A stretch of 64,000 nucleotides of DNA, from contig JBBILD010000007.1 of NCBI GenBank assembly GCA_037445065.1, forward strand, positions 1-64,000, in the 5' to 3' direction. The translations under genes and the position numbers were made by a program. Shown piece by piece: positions 37,079 to 46,155 of this stretch. The number at the start of each line of letters is the position of its first letter. The stretch's first letter is position 1. The notes beneath the pieces are model-generated. The model worked only from the letters and a program-made list of their open reading frames with translations, did no database searches and was not told the DNA's origin. The DNA comes from Myxococcales bacterium (GTDB lineage Bacteria; Desulfobacterota; Binatia; HRBIN30).

Positions 37079-37741
37079 ATGAACCTCGTGCACGCGGCTT
37101 ACGAACCAGAGGGCTCGGGTCCTCATCCCACCATCCTCGCCTTGCACGGTTGGGGTGCGAATGCGCTCGACTTGCTCGGCCTCGCACCCCACTTGTGCAA
37201 CGGGCGCTGGCTCGTGCTCTGCCCACAGGGGCCGATCGCGGTTCCGCTCGGGGCGATGGGAACCGGCTGGGGCTGGTTTCCGCTCACCCTCGGCCAGCCG
37301 CCGGATCCGGCTGCCTTTCGTGCCGCAGTCGCTGCGGTGCAAGCCTTCCTCGATGCAGCCGAGGAGCGCTACCCGATCCAGAAAAACAAAGTCGTGTTGC
37401 TCGGCTTCAGCCAAGGAGGAGTGGTCGCGTACGCGCTCGCATTGTCCGAGCCAGAGCGCTTCGCCGGACTTGCTGCCCTCAGCTCCTGGCTCCCGGCGGC
37501 GGTGGTTGAGGCGCTTCCCGCGCGCGATCGCTCCCAACTCACCACGTTGGTGCAGCACGGCACCGGCGACGATTTGATCTCGGTGTCGCGGGCCCGCGAG
37601 TCGCTCGAGCGGCTGCGTTCCCTGCGCGTGCCGGTCACCTACCGCGAATACGACATGGGCCACGAAATTACGGGAGAGAGCGTGCGCGACCTCTCGACGT
37701 GGCTCGAACGCAGTGTGCTGTCCCCCATCATCACCTTGTAG
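37079..37741 (+). CDS. Phospholipase/carboxylesterase (alpha/beta hydrolase)
   Basis: LHGWGAN, GFSQGG nucleophile elbow, HGTGDD, MGHEI. Confidence 0.92.
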   Translation: MNLVHAAYEPEGSGPHPTILALHGWGANALDLLGLAPHLCNGRWLVLCPQGPIAVPLGAMGTGWGWFPLTLGQPPDPAAFRAAVAAVQAFLDAAEERYPIQKNKVVLLGFSQGGVVAYALALSEPERFAGLAALSSWLPAAVVEALPARDRSQLTTLVQHGTGDDLISVSRARESLERLRSLRVPVTYREYDMGHEITGESVRDLSTWLERSVLSPIITL

Positions 37742-37811
37742 GGGACGCGATTGCAGCTCGGGGCTGCTCGGCTGCGCCTGCCGCAGCCCCGCGGGGCTGG
37801 TGCGGTGAGGT

Positions 37812-37854
37812 CCAAAACGAGCGGGGCCTTCCTGCGCTCCAGGAAGGCCCCGCT
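37812..37854 (-). terminator. Intrinsic terminator hairpin (minus strand, possibly bidirectional)
   Basis: Perfect 15-bp stem AGCGGGGCCTTCCTG (37820-37834) / CAGGAAGGCCCCGCT (37840-37854), followed on the minus strand by CGTTTTGG; lies between convergent genes. Confidence 0.8.
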
Positions 37855-37927
37855 GTGAGCCGAAGCTCGGGTCTGAGTCGAGGAAAAACCGGAAAACGTA
37901 CCTACGAAAACGACCTCTACGTCGCGG

Positions 37928-38005
37928 TTACTTCTTCTTCTTCGGTGCCGCTTTCTTCTTCGCTGGGGCTTTCTTCTTTGCCTTGCTGCTCTTGGTTGTT
38001 GCCAT
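37928..38005 (-). CDS. 25-aa lysine-rich histone-H1-like microprotein MATTKSSKAKKKAPAKKKAAPKKKK
   Basis: Below ORF-track cutoff; strong SD AAGGAGGT 4 nt before ATG; 12 Lys, no acidic residues; own promoter-like site and terminator. Confidence 0.75.
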   Translation of the reverse strand: MATTKSSKAKKKAPAKKKAAPKKKK

Positions 38006-38108
38006 AGCGACCTCCTTGTCACTCTTGGGAGTGTTGTGGTTGTCCCTCACTCCCTCGACTCAGACCCGTACCGCGACCTCCTCCTCACCTCCACCACTCA
38101 CGCCCGCG

Positions 38109-38171
38109 CTTATATTCAGGTCCTTTGTCAAAAGTCAAGAGGAGAATACCATTTTAGAAAAATTTTTTTAA
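38109..38171 (-). promoter_or_regulatory. Putative sigma70 promoter with AT-rich upstream element for the microprotein transcript
   Basis: Minus strand TTGACT (38138-38133)-N18-TATAAG (38114-38109); AT tract TTTTAGAAAAATTTTTTTAAA at about 38152-38172, unusual for this GC-rich window. Confidence 0.55.
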
Positions 38172-38486
38172 ACCGTTCCGTATCGGAATTTCGATGGGTT
38201 ACGCCGGCATAAAATCGCGTTCCCCGATCTTGAGGCCGATTCTTAGGCGATTGTTTTAGAGGGTTGTCCACAGCCGCGGGGAGGACTACGGACAGGGCTC
38301 GAGGGAGACTGTTGCGGGCGAGCTGTTAAAGTTGCGGATGCATCTGCAACGCTCCGCGTCCGTGGCCTACAGGCGCTTATCTACCCTCGCCGCACAGCCG
38401 TTTGGATCCACCTACACGCAGCGCCCGTACAGTCGGGAAAGACGCTGCTATGCAGGCCGTTTCTTTGCGGGCGGGGGCTCCACCCT

Positions 38487-40169
<1,683 letters not shown>

Positions 40170-40221
40170 TCTCGCCTTTGCCGTTGCGCGTGCGCCGGCA
40201 AGCTTTTACGATCGAGCAACC

Positions 40222-41340
40222 ATGCTCGCCTGGGAACGCTTGCGACAAGTACGCGAGGAACTGTCGCAGTTGTTTGTGGAGCGGGCAGAAGTCATTGACG
40301 GCGCGCTCTGCTGCCTGCTTGCCCGCCAGCACCTCCTGTTGATCGGCCCTCCTGGCACGGCCAAGTCCATGCTCGCCGAGGAGCTGTGCGCGCGCATCGA
40401 AGGGGCGCGCTACTTCTCGTGGCTGCTGACCAAGTTCACCACGCCCGAGGAACTGTTCGGTGCGATCTCGCTGGCGGCACTCGAGCAGGACGAGTACCGG
40501 CGGGTCACCACGCACAAACTACCCGAAGCGCACATTGCGTTTCTCGACGAGGTGTTCAAAGCGAACTCCTCCATCCTGAACGCTTTGCTGGCGGTGATGA
40601 ACGAGCGCCGCTTCCACAACGGCAAGGAAATCCAGAGTGTACCGCTCATGACGCTTTTCGGGGCCAGCAACGAACTGCCGGAAGACGACGAACTGCAAGC
40701 CCTCTACGATCGCTTCCTCGTGCGCTTCGTGGTGGGATACATCGAAGAGGACTTCCATTTCTTGCGCATGTTGCAGGGACGCGCGGCCCCTACCCGCACC
40801 GTGCTGCCCATGGAGCTGCTCCAGGAACTGCAAGCAGCCACCGCGCAAATCGAGATCCCACAGGGGATCTACCGCTCGATCGCCGAACTGCGCCGCGCTC
40901 TGCAGCAAAAGGCCCTGGTTTCCTCCGACCGCCGCTACCGCCAAGCGATGGGGTTGCTGCAGGCACACGCGCTCTTGCGCGGTGCCCGCTGCGTGGAAGA
41001 GGACGATGTATTCTTTCTCGAGCATGTGCTGTGGCGCATCCCAGCGCAGCGGGCCGACGTGCGGGCACTGATTCGCGAACTCTTGCGCGGCTACGAAGAG
41101 GAGGCCAAGGCGCTCCTGTTCCGCAGCCAAGAACTGCACGAATACGCCAGCCGCCCGTGGGACAACGGCGAACAGCGCAGCCGCGCGGTGCTCGAGGCAC
41201 ACACCAAAATCCACCAGATCTTACAGCAACTGGCCCAGCTCATTGCCGAGGCGCGCGAGCGCGGGCGGCCGGTGGAAACCGTCGAAGCGGTGCGCGCGCA
41301 AGTGGAGCAAATCCAGCAACGCATGCTCGAGACCTTGTAG
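40222..41340 (+). CDS. MoxR-family AAA+ ATPase (RavA-like)
   Basis: GPPGTAKS, LLTKFTTPEELFG, FLDEVFKANSSILNALL, ASNELP, ALYDRF, SDRR. Confidence 0.92.
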   Translation: MLAWERLRQVREELSQLFVERAEVIDGALCCLLARQHLLLIGPPGTAKSMLAEELCARIEGARYFSWLLTKFTTPEELFGAISLAALEQDEYRRVTTHKLPEAHIAFLDEVFKANSSILNALLAVMNERRFHNGKEIQSVPLMTLFGASNELPEDDELQALYDRFLVRFVVGYIEEDFHFLRMLQGRAAPTRTVLPMELLQELQAATAQIEIPQGIYRSIAELRRALQQKALVSSDRRYRQAMGLLQAHALLRGARCVEEDDVFFLEHVLWRIPAQRADVRALIRELLRGYEEEAKALLFRSQELHEYASRPWDNGEQRSRAVLEAHTKIHQILQQLAQLIAEARERGRPVETVEAVRAQVEQIQQRMLETL

Positions 41341-41348
41341 GAGACACG

Positions 41349-42929
41349 GTGGCAACCCGGAGCCGGAGCCGCGCGGAGCTGGCGCGCGTCGAGATCAGCC
41401 AAGCGAGCGCAGCGCTCGACCAACGCAGCCCGTCGTGGATCGAGACCGATGCTTTCGACCGGGACGCATTTCGCAAGTGGAGCGAGGCGTCTCCCTCGTT
41501 CCATGACCTTTCCAGCCACGCGGGTCGCCTCTTGCCTCATTTCGACGCCTTCCTGCTCGACTTGTACGCCTTGCTCTACAAGCTTAACGTCTCGTTCCGT
41601 CCTGCCGAAGCGGTGCTGCCCAGTGCAGCGCTCTACGGCCCACTGCTGCGCGCCATTGCCGGCACGCCTGCCCTCGAGTTGCTGCGGCTGCAGACCGCGC
41701 TGGATGAAGCCCGCGCCGCCATTGGCGCGCTCCTCTTGGGAGAAAAGATCCTCGCCGTTCTCAAGGAAGAGTGGCTGCTGAACCGCGGGCAGATGCTCGA
41801 CGCCTGGGGCCTCAAGCAGCAAGAGGAAGAACTCATGCGCCTCTGGCAGCAAGCACGCGCGGTGGCGACGCTGGCCGACGAATCGCCGCGGCCTTCGCTC
41901 GTTCATCTTGCGCGCCGCCTGCACCAAGAAGCAGAACTCGCCGAGCGGCGCCTGTCCCAGCGGCTGGAAGATGTACAGCGGCCAGTGCGGGAAAATATCG
42001 AGCGGCAGACGGCGCGCTTGCAAAGCGAAATTGCGCAAGGCTGCACTGCGCTAGAAGACTTCGAAGCCGCTGCGCACGAATGGGACACGGGTGTGGGGCA
42101 CGAAGCCTACCGCTCGCCTGCCCTACAAGTTGAGTTCGGCAAGCGGCTCGCGCAAAACCCGCGCCTGCGCAAACTCGCCAACCTGGTGGGGCGCATGCGT
42201 GCCCACGCGCGTGCCCTGCGGCAAAAGGCTTTGGAGCGCTGCAACGAGGAGATGTACTCGGTCGGCACCGGCGCCGACTTGGGGCGCATTCTCCCCTGCG
42301 AGCTGGCAGCGTTGCGCCATCCCCTGCGGCGGCGGGACTTTGCCCGCCGCCTGCTGGAGGGAACCCTCCTCCAATACGAACTCCGCGGCCAAGAGGAAGC
42401 CGGCCGCGGCCCTCTGATCGTTTGCCTCGATGTGAGCTCCTCCATGTCGGGGGACAAGGACGTGTGGGCCAAAGCCGTAGCTCTCACCTTGCTCGACATC
42501 GCCCAACGCCAGCGCCGGCTTCTGCACGCGATCTGCTTTGCGGGACCGGACACCCCGCTCTACGAATCGGATCTCAATTACGGGCAGCGTTACAGCAGCG
42601 ACCCGCAGGAAGTTTTGCGTTTGGCCAGTTACTTCCCCGGCGGTGGCACGGATTTTCGCCGTCCGCTCGAAGCGGCCCTGCACCGTTTGCAGCAAAAACC
42701 GCTGCGCAAAAGCGACGTAGTGCTCATTACCGACGGCGAGTGTACCCTCGAACCCGGCTGGACCGAGCAGTTCCTCGAGCACAAAAGACGCCTCGGCTTT
42801 CGCCTGTACTCCGTGCTGATCGATATTGGCAGCGCCACCACTCACTCCTTGCGCCAGATCAGCGACCGCGTCGCCAGCGTGCGCCAGCTCACTTGCGAGG
42901 CAGGGAGCGACTTGTTCTTGGCGCTTTGA
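41349..42929 (+). CDS. VWA-domain protein (ViaA-like partner of the AAA+ ATPase)
   Basis: GTG start after SD AGGAG; LGRILPCEL, GPLIVCLDVSSSM (MIDAS), GGTDF, VLITDGE. Confidence 0.88.
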   Translation: MATRSRSRAELARVEISQASAALDQRSPSWIETDAFDRDAFRKWSEASPSFHDLSSHAGRLLPHFDAFLLDLYALLYKLNVSFRPAEAVLPSAALYGPLLRAIAGTPALELLRLQTALDEARAAIGALLLGEKILAVLKEEWLLNRGQMLDAWGLKQQEEELMRLWQQARAVATLADESPRPSLVHLARRLHQEAELAERRLSQRLEDVQRPVRENIERQTARLQSEIAQGCTALEDFEAAAHEWDTGVGHEAYRSPALQVEFGKRLAQNPRLRKLANLVGRMRAHARALRQKALERCNEEMYSVGTGADLGRILPCELAALRHPLRRRDFARRLLEGTLLQYELRGQEEAGRGPLIVCLDVSSSMSGDKDVWAKAVALTLLDIAQRQRRLLHAICFAGPDTPLYESDLNYGQRYSSDPQEVLRLASYFPGGGTDFRRPLEAALHRLQQKPLRKSDVVLITDGECTLEPGWTEQFLEHKRRLGFRLYSVLIDIGSATTHSLRQISDRVASVRQLTCEAGSDLFLAL

Positions 42930-42951
42930 AGCGGCCAGGCAAGGCGCGCCC

Positions 42952-44508
42952 TCAGCCGCCGCTCGCGCGAAGCGGCGCGGGCACGGGCTCCGGCAATTCA
43001 GGGAGCTCGCGCAAGAGCCGCTCGAGCCGCCGAGAAGTGTCGCGCATGTACTCGTAGAGGTGTTTGTGCAACAGCGCGAAAGTCACCGCGTCCCGAAACG
43101 CCGCCGGACGGCGCAGGAGTGTTTCGATGAGCAACGACAGCGTCATCCACGAGCGGCGCGGCGAGGCCTTGAGCACGCAGTGCCACAGCACCCGAGCGAA
43201 AATGGCGAGGTCCTGCGCCGATGTGACCAGGCGGCGTTCGACCAGTTTGCCGCGGTTCAAGATGAAGTCCATCACCCGCCTCCGGTAGCTGCGGTAGCTG
43301 TACAAGCGCTCGAGCAAGCTGCGATACCCGCGATAGAGGTCTGCCAGGCTCATCCCCGCCGGAACAATGTTGGTGAACACGAACTGATCCCCGACCGATT
43401 CCGCCACCAAACGCCCAGCCCGTTTGAGCCGCTCATAGAGCGGTGTTTTCGGCACCGCGTTCAGCATCCCGGTCATGGACACCGGAATCCGAGCCTGCTG
43501 GATGAATTGGTACTGCTCTTCGAAAATGCTCGGGTCGTCGTGATCGAAACCCACGATCATGCCGGCCATGACTTCGATGCCAGCACGCTGGATGCGGTGC
43601 ACGGCGTCGAGCAGGTTGCCGCGCAGGTTCTGCGTTTTGTGCGTCTCTTGCAGACTGGCCGCGCGCGGCGTCTCGATGCCGATAAAGATGGTGGTGAAAT
43701 TCGCTTGCCGCATGAGATCGAGCAATTCGTCGTCCTGCGCAACGTTGAGACTCACCTCCGTCATCATCTCGATCGGATAGTCGTTCTCCCGCTGCCATGC
43801 CGCGATGGCGCGCAGCAACTCTTTGGCTTCGCGCTTGTTGCCGATGAAGTTGTCGTCCACCACGAAGATGTTCCGCACTCCCAAGCGGTGGATCTCACGG
43901 ACTTCGGCCATGACTTGCTCCACGCTCTTGGTGCGCGGGCGCCGGCCGTACATGACGATGATGTCGCAAAACTCGCAGTTGAAGGGGCAGCCGCGGGCAA
44001 ACTGGATGGTCATGGTGCGGTAGCGATCGATCTTGAGAAGGTCGAAGCGAGGCAGGGGCGAGTCGCGCATGTCCGGCTTCTCCACTTGCCGGTACTCCTC
44101 CTTCCACTCGCCGCGCTGATAGTCGGCCAAAAACTGCGGCCAGGTGTACTCGGCCTCGTCAATGAAAATTACATCCACCTTCCCGCGCAGTTCCTCCGGA
44201 CAAAGCGAGGCAAACGGGCCCCCGACCACCACGAATTTGCCACGACGGCGAAACTCGGCCGCCAATTCGAAGATGCGCTGCTTGTGGACGACGTAGCCAG
44301 TGAGGCCGACAATGTCGGCGTCGGTATCGAAGTCTACCTCCTCTACGTTCTCATCGCACAGCACCACTTCGTGCTCGGGGGGCGTGATGCCGGCAACGGT
44401 GGGCAGGGAGAGATTGGGAAATACGCACTTCTTGCCCAAGGCGGGAAGGATGCGGTCGAAGGTCCAAAACGACTCCGGGTTCTTGGGCGCGATCAGGTAA
44501 ATCTTCAT
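42952..44508 (-). CDS. Cobalamin-binding radical SAM protein (DUF4070/HpnP-related clade)
   Basis: N-terminal B12-binding domain (VVGGPFAS), RGCPFNCEFCDI, VVDDNFIGN, GIETP, IVGFDHD. Confidence 0.9.
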   Translation of the reverse strand: MKIYLIAPKNPESFWTFDRILPALGKKCVFPNLSLPTVAGITPPEHEVVLCDENVEEVDFDTDADIVGLTGYVVHKQRIFELAAEFRRRGKFVVVGGPFASLCPEELRGKVDVIFIDEAEYTWPQFLADYQRGEWKEEYRQVEKPDMRDSPLPRFDLLKIDRYRTMTIQFARGCPFNCEFCDIIVMYGRRPRTKSVEQVMAEVREIHRLGVRNIFVVDDNFIGNKREAKELLRAIAAWQRENDYPIEMMTEVSLNVAQDDELLDLMRQANFTTIFIGIETPRAASLQETHKTQNLRGNLLDAVHRIQRAGIEVMAGMIVGFDHDDPSIFEEQYQFIQQARIPVSMTGMLNAVPKTPLYERLKRAGRLVAESVGDQFVFTNIVPAGMSLADLYRGYRSLLERLYSYRSYRRRVMDFILNRGKLVERRLVTSAQDLAIFARVLWHCVLKASPRRSWMTLSLLIETLLRRPAAFRDAVTFALLHKHLYEYMRDTSRRLERLLRELPELPEPVPAPLRASGG

Positions 44509-44605
44509 ACCCTCGTCTCCTTCGCTGGCGTCCGAAAATGGGCTCCTTTGTACCCTACGGTTGCGAGCACGCCAAGCCGCTCGAAAGGTTTCTCTGCGCG
44601 CAAGC

Positions 44606-45103
44606 TCAGCCTCGCGCCGCACGTGCGATTGCGGCGCGCGCCAGCGCATCGCAACGTTCGTTCTCAGGATGGCCAGCGTGGGCGCGCAGCCAGTGCCAGT
44701 GCACCTCGTGGGTCTGACTCAAGCGGTCGAGCTCGCGCCACAAATCCGCGTTCTTCACAGCCTTGCGCCCCGCGGTGCGCCAGCCGTTGGCTTTCCAGCG
44801 CGGCAGCCACTCTGTCATCCCGCGCCGCAAGTACTCGGAGTCCGTGTACACGTGCACGCGGCACCTTCGCCGCAAGTGGCGCAGGGCTTCCACCGCAGCG
44901 CGCAACTCCATGCGGTTGTTGGTGGTCTCGGCCTCCGCACCGCTGATCTCCTTGCGCCGGTCGCCGTGGATCAAAATCGCTGCCCAACCGCCGGGCCCCG
45001 GGTTCCCGCTACACGCGCCGTCGGTGTATACGGTGACCAAAGGCAGCGCTGCTCCCGAGCCTGCTCGCTGCGCGGCTGCCTCGCTGCCCATGCCTGTACT
45101 CAC
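44606..45103 (-). CDS. rnhA: Ribonuclease HI
   Basis: [45 protein letters not shown]. Confidence 0.96.
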   Translation of the reverse strand: MSTGMGSEAAAQRAGSGAALPLVTVYTDGACSGNPGPGGWAAILIHGDRRKEISGAEAETTNNRMELRAAVEALRHLRRRCRVHVYTDSEYLRRGMTEWLPRWKANGWRTAGRKAVKNADLWRELDRLSQTHEVHWHWLRAHAGHPENERCDALARAAIARAARG

Positions 45104-46134
45104 TCGAGTCGCACGCGCTGGCGCTCTCCCCGCGGGCAGCGCACGATTTCGCCGACTCGGTAAGCGCCGATCCGCCGCCGCTTGAGCGCCTTCAGCACGG
45201 AAGCAGCATGCGCGGCAGCCACGACCAGCACGAAGCCCAGACCCATGTTGAAGGTGCGGTACATTTCTGCCTCGCTAACCTCGCCTAGCCGCTGCAAGGC
45301 GCGAAAAATCCCCGGCACTGGCCAGCTTCCCGTGCGCAGCACGGCGGCGCACCCAGGCGGCAAAACGCGCGGCAAGTTCTCCACGATGCCGCCGCCGGTA
45401 ATGTGCGCCATGCCTTTGAGCGCCGCACGCGGGAGGGCGCGCACCGCACGCACGTAAATGCGCGTGGGTTCCAACAGTTCCTGCGCGAGCGGGCGGCGCA
45501 ATTCGGGTAAGCGGGCGTCCAGCGGCAACCGGTGGCGCTCGAACAAGATGTGGCGAGCGAGCGAAAAACCGTTGCTGTGCAGGCCGCTAGAGGCAAGCCC
45601 GATCACTACGTCCCCCGGCACGATGCGACGGCCGTCTACGATCTGGTCCGCCTCCACCACACCCACCACGAAGCCGGCGAGATCGTACTCGCCGGGAGCG
45701 AAACAACCCGGGTGCTCCGCAGTCTCGCCGCCCACCAAGGCGCAGCCCGCCCGTTTGCAGCCCCGCGAGATACCGCGCAGCACAGCGCTGGCGACTTCCA
45801 CCTCCAGCCGCTCGGTCACGAAGTAATCCAAAAAGGCTAGTGGCTCAGCCCCCAAAGTGAGAATGTCGTTGGCGTTCATCGCCACCAGGTCAATGCCGAC
45901 CGTGTCGTGGCGGCCTGCCAAGCTGGCCACGTGGAGCTTGGTCCCCACCCCGTCCGTGGCCGCCACCAAGAGCGGGCGGCGATAACCGGCTGGGATGCGA
46001 AACACCGCTCCGAAGCCGCCCACCCCGGCGAGAATCTCGGGCCGCAAGGTCGCCCGTGCCCAGCGCTTGGCGGCCCTCGCGACGGCATCGCCGCGGGCGA
46101 TGCTGACCCCTGCCTGTTCGTATGTGAGCCCCAT
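45100..46134 (-). CDS. purM: Phosphoribosylformylglycinamidine cyclo-ligase (AIR synthetase)
   Basis: [55 protein letters not shown]. Confidence 0.97.
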   Translation of the reverse strand: MGLTYEQAGVSIARGDAVARAAKRWARATLRPEILAGVGGFGAVFRIPAGYRRPLLVAATDGVGTKLHVASLAGRHDTVGIDLVAMNANDILTLGAEPLAFLDYFVTERLEVEVASAVLRGISRGCKRAGCALVGGETAEHPGCFAPGEYDLAGFVVGVVEADQIVDGRRIVPGDVVIGLASSGLHSNGFSLARHILFERHRLPLDARLPELRRPLAQELLEPTRIYVRAVRALPRAALKGMAHITGGGIVENLPRVLPPGCAAVLRTGSWPVPGIFRALQRLGEVSEAEMYRTFNMGLGFVLVVAAAHAASVLKALKRRRIGAYRVGEIVRCPRGERQRVRLE

Positions 46135-46155
46135 GTGAGCCGCTCGTTCGCCCAA

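Noticed and set aside
37812..38005. Lysine-sensing attenuator leader peptide
   Set aside because: No same-strand gene follows the terminator; the next gene (esterase) is convergent, so there is nothing to attenuate.
37928..38005. Classical type I toxin
   Set aside because: The peptide has no hydrophobic transmembrane segment and I could not identify an antisense antitoxin unit; only the RNA architecture is reminiscent.
37868..38068. MITE or IS bounded by the 16-bp inverted repeat
   Set aside because: No target-site duplication is evident, the ends do not resemble typical IS termini, and the repeat sits neatly between promoter and terminator, which fits an RNA helix better; a genome-wide copy search would settle it.
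38150..38390. Replication origin
   Set aside because: Only one good DnaA-like box and a short AT tract; no dnaA/dnaN/gidA context.
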